DNA of 64,000 bases from Amoebidium appalachense (GCA_963693365.1 CAVNZM010000004.1:12056468-12120467), one strand, 5' to 3'. Positions 1 to 14,689 are shown, counted from the first letter of the stretch. Notes: a model not told the origin generated them from the letters alone. Numbers and translations are program-made.

Positions 1-28
1 TCGTAGTAAAAGACACCCCTATTACATA

Positions 29-1060
29 TTATGGGTAAGCAGAGGCTAGCATCGGTAGCTCCGAAAGAAAGTTAAGGCACCGGATCACAATATCATACTG
101 TGCAGCATTAATAAGGTGATCTAGGATAGTAATCTTAAAACGGATATATTGAGGAAGAGAGGAAGAAAAGAGAATAAAACCGCCAATAACCTCCTGTTCT
201 AATACGTTAGCTAACAGGTTGCATTTATTGATAGATATGCAGCCGCGAGTAAACCGCCCCCCACACATATTACACATACGAGCAGGAGACACCAGAAACC
301 GATTACACCGCCAATCCATAATCATCTTTGCGTTTTTACACCACACCACATTACGAATAAACGATGTATGAACGAGACTCTCTAACCATATCCGCCATAT
401 AGGCTACTAGTAGCTGGTGTTTTTGCGGTCCTAACACCGGAAGGGACTCAACACGTAGAGTAAAAAGATATCTATCAGCCATAGACTTGAAACTATTCAT
501 ATTCACACTATGATCTAGCCGTACCTCCGGTGGGGTCGCCAGCCATTCCACATAACGCTCGGCAATGGGCAGAGACGATGGGGAAGGCCTTGGAAGAGGT
601 AGAGGGGCGAGTCCGGCGGGGATGCGTGTAGCCGGAAGAGCGGGTGGTCCGGGGCACAAGCGGACAGGCGGGTGATGTGCTCGTGAAATTTAAGGGCTAA
701 TTCGTGTACGCGTTGTGATGGTGGTGTGAGTGCGTAGAGAGAATCAAAAAGGCGTCTAGGGATAGGTGTGGAAAGACCAGTGAGAAACGTACAAGAAGTT
801 GTGTAGTGGAAATCATCTAATGATTTGAGGACATTAGTAACAGTATCAGGGGGTGCCATAGCTAGTAAGGGCAACCCGTATTCAGACAAAGGGCGAATAT
901 ATTTGCGAAATATACTAAGACGATTGTATAGGTGGACAGTGTGAGAAAGAGTAGCAAGATACACATCCCTAAATAACCGAAGACACCTGCCTGCACTCTC
1001 CACCCGACGGTCGATCATCCGTTTGAAACATATGCCCCATTCGTCCACCATGGGAATGAT
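29..1060 (-). mobile_element. Decayed, 5'-truncated non-LTR retrotransposon (LINE) ORF2 C-terminal region
   Basis: Three consecutive minus-strand frames (515-1060, 351-~610, 29-349) joined by two frameshifts. They contain IPMVDEWGICF (end of RT, YLGIP-like), the post-RT thumb motif RLSIFRKYIRPLSEYG and a C-terminal WR...CNMCGGRFTRGC...ILDHLIN Zn-knuckle-like segment. Intronless and free of homopolymer tracts. Confidence 0.75.
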
Positions 1061-1087
1061 CAAGCTAGCCCGGGAAGAAGGGGAACT

Positions 1088-1090
<3 letters not shown>

Positions 1091-1127
<37 letters not shown>

Positions 1128-1480
1128 GGGGCAGCATACACACACGCACCACATGCGTGCACACGAGTACGCACACACACAAAACACATACGTACCGCTG
1201 TCGGTTTGAAATTCTCACCTTCACTATTTAATTATAAATATTCCAAACTAGCTTGTAGGTTACCAACTAAAGGTATTATAATTGCAACTAATTAGACTCC
1301 AAATCTGACGGGCAACTTGCATGTAATCGAAACAGATTTGGTGACTGTATTATCAGATGTAATTACAGAGAATTTGGATTCTCCAAGTTGAGGCGTGTGT
1401 GCGGGATTTGTTAACAGACGGGAATCACCTGCTCAAAAACCTGCAATTTGGAACCGGCAGCGCACCCCCCGGGGTGGGGG
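1091..1480 (+). repeat. Dispersed repeat, copy 1 (homologous to 15720-16090, inverted)
   Basis: Colinear blocks match the reverse complement of 15720-16090, e.g. cacacacaaaacac-cgtaccg, tcactat-taatt-t--atattcc-aactagct, tagactccaaatctga, tcagatgtaatta-agagaat, aggcgtgtgtgcg, ttggaaccggcag. Confidence 0.85.
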
Positions 1481-2336
1481 GTGTTGGTGGGACTTAGAGG
1501 TGAGGGAGGGGGGGGGGGGGGGGGGGGGGGGAGGATAATATAGCGACCTAAGAGTGACGAAGGGGGGAGTGGGGAAGGGGGGAGGGGGGGGAGGGAGGGG
1601 CTCTTTTTTTTAATTTTTATTTTATTTTTATTTTTATTTTTATTTTTTTGGTGGGGGGGGGGGGGGGGGGGGGGAAGGAAGGGTTGTTCCATAGAGGCCC
1701 TGAGTTGCCAACAGTTTCAAACTGTCTCTATGCTCAGTAACACAGGATAAATACGATTATGGTTAGTTGCCAAGAGATGTGGCGTGGTGGATATATGAAA
1801 GTGCACGTACAAGATGGTTTATGCCAAATGATTCAAGATGCGTGTTCATTGAATGTTGATCGCACAAACATTCGCTAATTCCCAATTTCACATCATTATT
1901 CAATCAATGGGCACCAACATCCTGCTAACAGAACAGCACGTCTTCAGGATACCAATGTGGAAGTTCCCACTAGAATTCCATAGTAGCACCGTTCAACGGC
2001 CATGCCTAAATGTTAGCACGATCAAAGTTGATAACGACATGCCCTGTTTGTCAAGATATGCGAACATTAATACAGTGATTAAAGGTTCGTTCCGCTCTAA
2101 AATTCCACATAGACACCAATACTACGATAGATTACATAATCATAAACCTTCCCCCCCCAACCCCCCCCCCCCCCCCTCCCCCCAATTGCAACCCCCCACA
2201 AAAAGAAAAAGGGAAAAAAAGAAAGAACCTATGAAATATAAGAATAAAAGCAACCCCCAGAAAAAAGAAAGTACCCAAAAACCCCTACACCTGACCAAGG
2301 AAGGCATGTTGACACCCAGCACCGCAGGCATATGCA

Positions 2337-2899
2337 TCAGATACGTGCAGACCGGTGGGAAAGCACAAATTCGATTGGACGGGCAGAGGTGAGGGTCACT
2401 GCAGACACAGCCTCGACCTTTTGATTGGCTGCTAGGGAGACGGAGTGTCCCTGCGAGGTTTATGATTGGTCAGTTAACCCTTAAGCATTCACTGGTCGAG
2501 AGAAAAATAGCCCAGGATCAGAATGTTCAAAAATTATTATGTAGGCTAAGAGTTTCAAAAAAGACGGTGAGTGAACGATTGAACCTTTCAATGAAGCTAA
2601 CAGACTAGTAGTACAGTTCGCATGCAACGACTGTGTCGGCCAATCATATCACAGCATGTACCGTCATCGGTATGCGCACACCGACACTCGGGGCTTGGAG
2701 CTAGGAGGCAACAACTTAATGAGGTCAGGGGTGTTGCCCTTAAATGGATGTAAGGCGGAACAGTTGGTATAGGTGTGACTATATGTGTGCGTGTGTGTCA
2801 GAGAGTTTTTTCACCAAGGGAAGGTGAGGTGTGTGTGTATGTGTGGGTGGGTAGGGTGGGGTGGGGGGGGGGGGGGGGGGGGGAGGGGGCAAGGGGGGA

Positions 2900-2933
<34 letters not shown>

Positions 2934-3267
2934 TGAGGGGGCAATGGCATAAATGGGGATTCCGAAGCCACTCCAGCAGGGTGGAAAAATAATGGGTAAA
3001 GGATACATAAAACGAAGTGTGGTGAGAACGTGAAGATGTTTGTGCATGTCTGTGTTTTTAGGAGGTGGTTGGCGCGGGGAGGGGGGAATACAGGGCGGGG
3101 AGGGGAGGGTGAGTTGGGAGGGGGAGGGAGGGGAGGAGAAGAGGGGGGTTGGGGAGGAGGGGACATGGGGGGGGGGGGGGGTGGGGGTGGGGGGGGGGGT
3201 GGGGGAACTGATATGTGATGGCCGCTTGAACATACTTGACGGAGGGCTTGGGCAGGGGAGGCATGCT

Positions 3268-3302
<35 letters not shown>

Positions 3303-3742
3303 TACCCTCAGCAGACACACCAGGACGGCCTTGATCTGGGTGAGGGCCAGGTGGCGGCCAAGACACATCATTGGGCCGTAGCCAAACGGGAAGTAGCTGC
3401 AGCCACCGGTATCGGGGTCCTGTTTGGGGCAGGGGGGGGGGGGGGGGGGGGGGGGGGGGGATGATAAGCGACGGAAAGGGGTGAGTGAAATATTGTGAGG
3501 TGAGGATGTGTGTGGGGGTCGGTGGTCGTGGGGGGCTGGGGTGGGAGGGATGGCCATGGGAGAGTTTGGGTGCGTGTGTGTGTGTATGTGTGTGTGTGTT
3601 TAAGGGGAGGGGGGGGGAGGGGGGAGGATAGAAGTTCAGAGAACCAGGAACCAGGGGGGAAAGTCTCAAAAAAAAACTGGGATTTGGGAATAGGCCGGCA
3701 GAGCCGAAGTGCAGAGAGGTGGGAAGGGCGAAAGAAGTTAGT

Positions 3743-3778
<36 letters not shown>

Positions 3779-4360
3779 GGGCAGGGAAAAATTAAAAGTC
3801 AGCTCTTGAAAGAAACATACATCGATGTTGTGATTAAATCAAGGTGAATGCACATGGGGTGGAGGTGTCTGGTGGGGATGTGGGACAGGCTCAATGCGGC
3901 AGGAGTGTATGTATTGTGAGAGAGGTTATCTTTTTTTCTTTTTTTTTGGGGGGGGGGGGGGGGGGGGGGGGGAAGGAAGGGTGGAAGCGAGAAAGTGGAA
4001 GGGGGGTATGAGAGAGGGGGGAGAGGGGGGGGAGGGGGGGGGGGGGGGGGGGGATATGATGGGTATCCTTCTTCTCTAGCTCCCTGTTGAAGTGAGGGAG
4101 AGGGAAGAGCGGGCCACGGGGGGAGGGGGGGGGGGGGAGGAGGGGGGGAAACAAAACACCAGCCAACGTGAGGTACGGAACTCGAGTGGGTCAGGCCACG
4201 TGTTTGGGTCGGTGTGCATTCCCAACACGTTGAGCACTACTCTGGTGCCTGCTGGAACATTCCATCCACCAAGGTCACACTCATGGGCAGCCTGCCTGGT
4301 ACTAAGTGTGTGTGCGTGTGTGTGTGCGCGCACGTGTGCGCGTGTGTGCGTGTGTGTGCG

Positions 4361-4416
<56 letters not shown>

Positions 4417-6989
4417 CGTGTGTGCGTGTGCGTGTGCGTGTGCGTGTGCGTGTGCGTGTGCGTGTGCGTGTGCGTGTGCGTGTGCGCGTGTGTGCGTGTG
4501 TGCGTGTGCGGCCACGCTTGCGTGTGCGCGTGTGTGGTTGCGAGGGGGATGGGGAGCAGGGATGGATGAAGGAGTTGGGAAGCGAACAAGTAGATCTGTA
4601 TGAGTCCAGCAAAGTTAGAAAGGGAGGAGGGTCACGAGTTCGACTATGAGGCGTAGCCTGTTGTCAGGGGTATGTGTGATGACGGGGGGGGGGGGGGGGG
4701 GGGGGGGGGGGAAGAAGATGTTAATTCTTCAAAACCATTATGTATGTCAAGTAACCACATACTGGTGATTTCTCACATACCGAACGCATCGTCATCGCAT
4801 TAGTGGTTAGCAAGGGAGAGAGAGAACACACAGAAGCAGCGGGAATTGATTCCCTAATCACTTTCAAGTGGGGGGGGGGGGGAGGCTGTGTATCTGTGCA
4901 CATGTGCAATTGTTGTGGGCCGGCTTAAAGAAAGGGATGGACGGGGAAAGGGGAGGGGTGGCAGGGGTGAAGGAGGGGAGGGGCTGAGTTACATGGCATA
5001 GACAGGGGGGTAGAGACGGAGAGTCTCCAACACAAATCGGTGGAGGGTGGACTGTGGGGTACCATGTGTTAGCGTCATCACCCCCCCCCCCTCCCCCCTC
5101 CCCCTTCTCCCTTCCCTTTCCTCCCCCACCCTCCCCCCCCCGGCCTCCCCTGCCTCTTCCATTCTCCCCTCAGTTCATCTCTCCGGTTCTCCGTCGTCAA
5201 TATGTTACTGTTTAATGCGCCTTATAAACTAATATCACCCTCCCTCCCTCCCCCTCCCCCCCCCCCCCCCCTCTCCCCCCCCTCCTCCTTTCCCCGCCTT
5301 CCGCCCGCCCCACCCCCTGATTGCACTTGGCTACAACCCTTCCTCCCCCCCCCCCCCCGCTCCAACACCCCCCTCCTCTCCATCTTCCATATATGGACAC
5401 CTCCACCAGAACCCACTCGTATCTCAAATCACCACTCACAGCTGGCAATCTACCTACCTTCACAGAGTGCACAAATCAGGCAAATACGATCACAAAAGAA
5501 AAAGGAAAGAGAGGGAGAAGAGAAAGGAAAACAACAAAAACAAACACGAGGTTACACCAGGTAAGAAGGGGCACACACGCACAAAGCATAAGATGATGGT
5601 CCGTAAGGGAAAAAAGGAAGTTTAGATAAAGAAAGACACCTTGACCATGTATATCCAACAAAAGACAGAGATTGGGATTGGGTCAAGCAGCCTAAAAAAC
5701 GGATGGGCGGTTCAGCGTTCAGGGGAGGGGAGGGGGCGGAGTAGGGGGGAGACGGGGTAGGGCGGAGCGGGGGGAGGGGGGGGGGGGGGGGGGGGGGGGG
5801 AGTTATATACCAGTTGTTGCAGATGTGCAAAGGTGAGTTCTTCCCCAGCGGCTATGGTGGCATCTATCTCCTCCTGCAGATATATTTGATAAGGCTTAAC
5901 CTGTGAAATGACTCCCCCCCCCCCCCCCTCCCCCTCCCTCCTTTCCCTACCCACTGCCCTCGAAGTTTTAACACATTCCCTGGATATTTGCGGTAATTCC
6001 AAAACACCACACAAGCCAGAAAACATCAAGTAACAAATAGGGTTTGGCTATGTGCCCCCATCCCCCCCCCTCCCCCCCTTCCCCCCCCCTTGCTTCCCCC
6101 CCTCACCCCCCCCCCTCACCCGGTCAAAAAAGCATTTGTGCAGTGGTGTCTTGAAGGCACGTACACACACAAACGCACACACGTGCATACACGTGCACAC
6201 ATACACACACATGCACACGTGAAACATACCGTCACCCGTGCTGCCTCCTCCTTGTGTCTGCACAGCATGTAGAGACACCACATGATGGCATTGGCTGCTG
6301 TGTCGTGTCCTGCTTTGGTTGGTCCCCGGGGGGGGGGGCGGGGGGAGGGGGAGGGGGGGCCTGGGAGGGGGGGGAGGGGGGGGGAAGGGGGAGGGGGGGG
6401 AGGGAGGAAAGAAGCGGAAAGTTGAATGGTCGAATAGAATGAATGAAAAGACTTAGGACGAGAAGAGGGCACAGGAGAAAGGGAGGGAGGGAAGAAGAAA
6501 GGATTTAGAAATGGGGGATGAAGGCCTCGCCTAAGTGAGAGGGGGTGAAGGCTTAGAGAGGACATTGGTGAGAAAAGAGCAAAACACTTGCTCATATGAT
6601 ATGATTCCAACGTGGGGGGGGTAGGGGGGGGGGATGAGGGGGAGGAGAGGGGAGGGAGGGAGAGGGGAGGGAGAGAGAGGGGAGGGAGGGAGGGAGGGGG
6701 AGGGGGGGGGGGGGGGGGCTTTTTTCCCCTGTCATTTGAGCAGGGGGAGGAGGGGGGTCATTCGGGCAGGGGAGGAGGGGGGAAGGGGGGCATGGTAAAA
6801 AACATGTACATGACACAGAGCAGTGAATGCCATAGATGATGGTCGGTATGGCATTTTGCTTACTGCCAGCAGGGGCCCAACTGGTCGTAAGACAGCTGGG
6901 AAGACAAAGAGATATGAATAGAAGATCAAGAAGAGAGGGAGGACGGGCATGGGCATGGGCAAGCCAGCCCAGGGAGAAGAAGGGAGGGA

Positions 6990-7024
<35 letters not shown>

Positions 7025-7171
7025 GGGAGGGGGGAGGGGGGGGGGGGGGGAGGGGGTGGAGGGGGGAGAGGGGGATATACTGTCTATGTGTGTGCCTCGA
7101 AAGGCAGGGATTAAGAGCTTTATTTCGATTGTATTTTTGGGGGGGTTTTGTACTAAAGTATATATGTATGT

Positions 7172-7202
<31 letters not shown>

Positions 7203-7610
7203 GGGGGGAGGGGGGGGGGGGGGAGGGGAGGAGGGGAAGGGGGAGCGGGGGAGGGGGGGAGAGGGGGGGCAGGGGGGACAGGGGGGGGGGTGCACGAGCC
7301 AGCAAGCAGCAGGGTCAGGAGCTCATCCTCCGTGTCCTCCCCCAACCCCCCAGCCATGTCCCCTGCACACTGCCCGTCCTGCAGCAGCACCCACCTCAGT
7401 ATCTCTTGGATAGGTGCACCCCACCAACTTAGCCCCCCATTCTCCCCCCCCCCCCCCCCCCCTCCCCCCCTCCCCCCAAAAAAAAAAAAGAAAAAAGAAA
7501 AACAACGAAAAAAATAAAAAATAAGATACTTAAAACCTGCTGAGCTTACAAAATGCAACAACCATCGGTTCCCCCCCCCCCCCCCCCCCCCCCCACCCCC
7601 CTTTCCCCCC

Positions 7611-7641
<31 letters not shown>

Positions 7642-10196
7642 AAAAAAAAAAAAAACCACCCGTCCTCATCTCCCCCCCCCCCCCCCCCCCTCCCTCCCCC
7701 CCCCCCCCCCGGTTCCCCCGCACACAGGCATTGCCTCCCTGTCCCTTCTTCTCCCTAGACACTTTTAACTAACTCAAACCACTAACTGTGCCACCCCCCC
7801 CCCCCCCTCTCCCCTCCCTCCCTACCCCCCTCCTCCCTTTTCCCCATTCCTTCCCAAACACACCACACGCACACGCATACGCACACGCACACGGGCACAG
7901 ATTAAGCGTTAAAACCTAGGCATACTTTCGGTTTCTTTCTTAAAGTTCTCACCCGTTGGATCTGTATCTATGTTCAACCCCATACCTTGAAACACTGGAA
8001 AAAAAACGTGTGATGCTGCTAAAAAATAAAGTCTAGTTGCACTTGCATAGCTCAAGAAAATGGAACAGGCTTATAACATACCTTAAGTTGGTTATAAACC
8101 GAGGTTGTCCATTGGCGGATGGTGCGAACAGTTGCCTGATAGTCATCAGTCCAATCCAGAACCCACCTACCAACCGTGTGTCATAAGTCCCCACTCCACC
8201 CCCATTTCCCCTCCCAACCTCCTTACACAATGTTTTTGACAAAAAAAGTGTTGAAAGGAGTATGCCAAAGTTGCTGTTTGGTAAAGGAGTCCCCCTCCCC
8301 TCCCTCCCTCCCTCCCTCCCTCCCTCCCCCCCCCCCCCCCCCCTCTCTCCGAACACGCACACACACACACACACACAAAAGCCCACGCTGCCTATGTACA
8401 TACAATCACGATACAAACTTGAGGCACAAAGGAAACATCACAGGCGTATGTGCACGTGTTGTGTTTCTGTTTCTTTTTCATGGTGAAGAAAGGGGAAAGT
8501 GGAGGATTGAGGTAGAAATGGGGTGGGATGGGAGTGGAGGGGGGGGAGGGTGGAGGGGGAGGCGGAGGAAAGAGATTCCAAGCACATACCACAGCCACGT
8601 AGGAACATGCATTCTTCTCTCGAGCCCAACCAACAGACGATGCATCACATTCCTGAGCTGACTTGTGTCCAATGAGGAGAGACTAACCACCGACCGTGAC
8701 GTCACGCTCAGCGTCAGCATGGGGAGATCGGACCCGATTCTGATTGGTGAGTTTTGACCAATGGAATGGTCCCACGCTGTGAGAAGATCCTCCACCTCAC
8801 TGCACCAATATAGATTTATTGCAACTTATTGTTGGTAGACTTGAGATTCATATGGGATTCAATGTGCGTAGGACTGATAGAGGGAGAGGGAGGAGAAGAG
8901 GATACAGGAGACACACAAACCAATGATGTTCAGCTGGGTTTATCATCTACATATACATCCCCCCTCCCCCCCCCCCCCCCCTCCCCCTTACCCCCTCCCC
9001 CCCCCCCCCCCCCCCCGGGCCCCCATGCGGGGCAAAACGTATGATGGAAGAGAAAGCCAAAACGATGAGAAAACAAACAGAAAAGCGTGTCCCTTTTCTT
9101 TAACATGTTTGCACTGTGTCACGGTATGACAGTGTGTGCCAATGTGCATATGCATAGGTTTTCGTGCGGCACTCTGTACATATTACAGTTGTGTGTGCAT
9201 GATGGAGGTGTTTTTTTGGGGGGGGAAGGGTTGGAAGGAGGGGGGGAGGCTGGGAGAACGGAAGGGGAGACAAATGAAAACTTCGAAAACGGAAGGGGCT
9301 ATTCAAGCAGCGAGACAGTCATACGCAGGGGCCAGATGGGGGAAAGGAAGGTGGGGCTGGGTGGGTTGGTGGGTGGGGTGGGGGAACGGGGGGAGGATGC
9401 CAGCAAAGGTAAGGCATATAAGGAGCGAGGAGAAAGTGGGAGAGGGAGAAGTGAGGGGGGGGGGGGGGGGGGAGAGGGGAGAGGTGGGCGGCTTTTTTTT
9501 GGGGGGGGGGGGGGGGGGAGTATACTCACCATGCAACTGAATTGATAACCGTCTGAGGGTTGACCCCATCCACCCACCCAACAACCAACCTCCTATGCAC
9601 CCTCCACACATCCCCCTCCAACGCAAACACCCCATTCCCTATCACCGTTGCAAAGGCACGAGCCAAGTCTTCGTTCCTCTTCCACTCTGTGGGCCGGGAT
9701 AAAATTTTGCGGCCGAGGGTTGGATCTGTGACTACGGCCATTGTTTTGTGCAGCATGTGCACACAGTACATTCCACCGTAGATCTGCGCCCAATCACTAA
9801 AGAGGTGTACAACCCGACCGTGCATGGCTGCATAAAGCATGGGTAGCAGATGGCCCAAAACCTGTGTTAAAGCCACAAGTGAGTAAACATTCGATAGAAC
9901 TTGGACAAAGGTTCTTCGGGCGTTAAGTCACAGTTCGTTAGCCTAAAGAGTAAACCAAACGTCTCCGTGGACAACGAACGAGTTGCGATTCTGGAGGGGG
10001 AAAGCGGGTGGGGGAAGGGGGAAAGGGGGCTGGGGGGGCGGGGGGGAGGGGGGAGGGGGAGAAGGGAGGGTGGTCGAAGGGCATGATAGCTGCTATTGTG
10101 GGCCCAACGACAAAAGAGGGAGGAGGCTAATGGGAAATTAAAGCAGGAAAGCCAGGGACGCAGAGCGAACCCTGTTTTTTCTTCTTCTTTTTCCCG

Positions 10197-10235
<39 letters not shown>

Positions 10236-10290
10236 TTCTTTTCTTTTCTTTCTTCCTTCCTTTTCTTTCTTTCTTTTCTTTTTTTTTTTT

Positions 10291-10321
<31 letters not shown>

Positions 10322-10612
10322 AAGAAGACTTCTGCCATTAGCTTACCGATCTGAAAATCCAAAAAAAAAAAAACAGGGCGAGGAAAAAGAAAAGGAGGCA
10401 CTACGGAGCATGATAAGGCAATTATTGTAGGAGAGAGTGGTGAGAAGAAACTGTAAAGAAACTCACGGTGAAGAACCTTGGAGCAGCAAACCACTTGCCT
10501 TCACTCTTGATGAGGGGGGGGAGGGCCACTTAGAAAAGGGCCGTCGAAGGTGCGTTAGGTGGCACCCACCCAGCACCAAAAAGCATGCAAACAGTGAAAT
10601 GGTCAGCCACAT
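2337..10612 (-). CDS. Cytochrome P450, about 463 aa, 11 exons
   Basis: Exons 10612-10499 (first donor ambiguous), 9861-9530, 8799-8590, 8166-8082, 7378-7300, 6309-6230, 5873-5811, 5051-4993, 4301-4160, 3419-3306 and 2450-2337 are phase-compatible (1392 nt). Motifs: N-terminal hydrophobic anchor, WRVHRR (helix C), LLLAGHDT (helix I), ETLR (helix K), DPLEFRTSRW, heme loop FGYGPMMCLG. Confidence 0.92.
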
Positions 10613-11352
10613 TTCGTATGATCTGTGAGGCTATAAACACCAGCGTCACACTAGGGACGAAGAATATTGTTATGTTCCGTCTTTCCCCGCTTGAGTTCCC
10701 AAAGTTGACTACAAAGTCTCATAAGCTCCTACTATCACTGCTCTTATAGGCGCGTCCCCGGTCTAGAATTGCGCTCAGAAGTGCCCATTTATTGGTCAAG
10801 GCAGAAATGAAACGTTCTTACTGTACCAAGTACGGTGTAGTTTTTTGTTGCAAGGAGCCTCTGACTCAACAGAACGCGAACTGAAAGAGCAGCACATGAT
10901 CATGACTATCGCCTGCGTGCTGTCATCTTCTCATGAGCATTGAAAGTGACGGGGAGGTATGGCGTGCACGTGATGTTCTCAGCTTTTTTCACCGTGGCGC
11001 TGGCAAAGTGCAAGACGCCGCCGATTGAAGTACGACTTCCGAAACAAGCGTACAGTCAGGCTTACACACATGTGCGCACATTTTGGCCGCCACTTCTCAT
11101 TAATAATACCATCAGCATTTCCTGGTATTTGCGCCTGTCCCAACAATGACGGGAGGGCTTGGGATCATTTTGAGGTAACGTGTAATGCACATCATTGGGT
11201 GACCGGCACTTCTCATGTGCGCATGTGTCAAGTTGGTGTCAAGAAGATCTATTCAGAGCTATTCGTCGTTTTGATTGGTGTTCACTGAGCAATCGCCATA
11301 TTTGGGTAGTCATCATTTATTGAAAAGGCAGGGTTCGAATTTCAGGCTTCGA

Positions 11353-11383
<31 letters not shown>

Positions 11384-11386
11384 GGT

Positions 11387-11482
<96 letters not shown>

Positions 11483-11985
11483 CGGTTCGTCCTTTGGGAT
11501 TCTCATAGCCTCATGGCCGGCTGGCCGGCCCCAGCAATTCCTTCCCCCCCCCCCCCTCTCTCTCTTCGAAGTCGCGGTGTGCTGTTTTTCTTTGGCGAAG
11601 AGTGCGCAGAGTGGTCTGAAACAGTGGCCGGTCGGTGGCCATAAGAAGGGAAGAAAGGGACCGGGGAGGGAACATGGACGATTGGCATATGTTCAATATT
11701 GATGGCATTCCAAATGGACGAGCAGTTCATACCGAACAACATGCTGAGTTCAGCATACCAGCTAAGAAAACGTGACCCGTGAGACAAACAAGTACGCCTG
11801 CTCCCTAGACACATGCATCATGGCACATGTCCACACTGTAGCAGCACACACAGAAGAAAGATACTCGAGCTCGGCACACAACTACGCAGAGTGTACTACT
11901 GATTGATCGCAAACCCACACACAAGTCCACACACGCAATATACACAGCGCCGTGACTCACACACACACATGGCCCACACACAAAG

Positions 11986-12555
<570 letters not shown>

Positions 12556-13332
12556 ACCAAGAGACTCAGAGAGAGAGAGGGAGGGAGGGATCGAGGGAAA
12601 AAGGATGGACTCCGAGGGAGACGTCTCTAGGGAGAGAGGGAGCCTCCCTCTAGAGTGAGACTTAGGATTGGGGGAGGGGGGGAGGGGGCGGGGGAGGGAG
12701 GAAGAAAGAGAGAGAAAGAGAGAGAGAGAGACAGGGATGAGCCCTTACTCATAAAACACGTCCGGACCTCGGATGATGCCATGTCACATGCACATGTGCG
12801 CAAATATGCATGTAGTGCACCCATGTGATACATAATCGCCTTGATTAAGGTTCTGCTATGTGCACAGGCATGCACACACACACACACACACAGACAAACC
12901 CCCTCACAACCAAAGTTTCAACGTTAACGCGTGCACATTCACGCAGGCAGACACATACATACATACACTCATATATATACATCATGTAGTCTAAGACCAA
13001 GAACTTCTGCACAAGTTGCCCTTTTTTCTCTCTCTCAGGCTCTTTCTCTCTCTCTCTTCCTCCGCCCCCTCTCCCCCTCAGCTCTCTCCCCCCCTCTCTC
13101 CATCTATCTCTCCCCGACACACACACACAAACACACACACACACTCTCTCTCACAGGCACACACACACCGTGGCTCTCTCTTTCCCCCCCCCCCTCTCTC
13201 ACCCCCTCCCCCTTTTCTCACTCTCCCTCTCTCTAACTCGCCGTCACTCTAGTCTCTCGCTCTCCTGCTCTCCCTCTCTATGTTTCTCTCTCCGCTTTCA
13301 GAGTCTCAGACTCTCTGACTCACCCTCGCTCA

Positions 13333-13367
<35 letters not shown>

Positions 13368-13495
13368 TGTTTGTGTCAAAAATTTGTTGGGGACGTGTGT
13401 GTGTGTTGTGTGTGTGTGTGTGTGTGTGTGTATGCGTCAACCGTTTGTTGGGGACGAGGAACGGCGGCGGCAGAGGGGCGGGGGCAGGGGGAGCG

Positions 13496-13528
<33 letters not shown>

Positions 13529-14202
13529 GCAAAAACTTCCTGACTCATCGTACCAGGGTCAGTGCAAAAATTGCCTGTGACAGGGGGCCTGGGGCTCGGT
13601 CAGAGTTTGTAAAATTTCAACCAGTTTAATACAAGTTCAGTGTGACAGTCGGGCGCGGTGATGTATTTCTGCATATCACGCACTCGGCGGCCGGGCAGGG
13701 GGCTAAAGGGGAAGGGAGAAGGGGAGGGAATATTTGCACAACGACTCGAGTGATTTCATTTCGAATAGACAGCAGCCTGCGTCATGGTTATAAGGCCCTA
13801 AAAGGTCAGACCCAGCGGCTCGGGCATACATAGAGAACTAAGGCATATATCGTGGCAGCTGCAAGTAGCGTTAAGCCTCCGGAGTTATTGCTATGGTATA
13901 AATGTGCCATTCAAAATTTCTTCATTGTCGATACATACTTGGTCTATTGCAACCATTCGGACATGCACCCAGACTCATCATGGTAGGCATGATGATAAAT
14001 ATATCTCCTTTTGTCCCTACCCAGCGGGAGAACCAAACACTCTGCTGGTGGGCATATATCAAATCATGCCATTGAAGCCGTTTTGAATATTTTGAAGTTA
14101 CGATAATGGTTAACGTTAGCCTATTGCGGATAACTGAGTGATGATCACACGGTGTTACAGTATTAAAATACACGTGCACGGTACGCCCGGGGATCCGATG
14201 AT

Positions 14203-14686
14203 TCAGCAATCACGCTTGGCATACATCTCATCATCACCATAATTCTCGAACTCCTTGAGTTGCATCTTACGGCGAGGGGCATGCACGCGTCCACGGCGGC
14301 TGGAGGTGGCGAACGACTTTGTCGGGAGCTGTTTATTTGGATCCACAAAGTAGAAGGGGTCGAGCGACGGAATATCCCCCATCCGAAATGCATTCTGCTC
14401 TTCCTCTCGCCGTTCGCTTTCACTGGCGTCGTCATCGACCATATGTTCTTCTTCTGGAGCAGCCGCCGCCCACCCCATTTTGACACAGCCGCCGTAAACA
14501 ATCTCCCCGGAGGGCAAAATCGAGCCGTATCTGTCACGGCATGGGCCCGTGCCTTTCTGGTCGGAGCAGAAACTACACTCAAATTTGCTGTAGCATCGAT
14601 TACCCCAGGCAAACCCAAAGTATCTCAGCCCTGCCGGGTATTCACCACCACGCGACAAGTCGTAATCCACATTCAAATTATCTTCA
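14203..14686 (-). CDS. Putative terminal exon of an unknown protein (CxxC plus acidic stretch)
   Basis: About 160 open codons of complex, protein-like sequence (YFGFAWGNRCYSKFECSFCSDQKG...EEEHMVDDDASESERREEE), bordered upstream by an intron-like microsatellite block. No family recognised and the upstream exons are unresolved. Confidence 0.4.
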
Positions 14687-14689
14687 CCT

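Noticed and set aside
2682-2700. 19-nt micro-exon candidate for the P450 3' end
   Set aside because: A direct phase-0 splice from 3306 to 2450 gives a complete, more typical P450 C-terminus.
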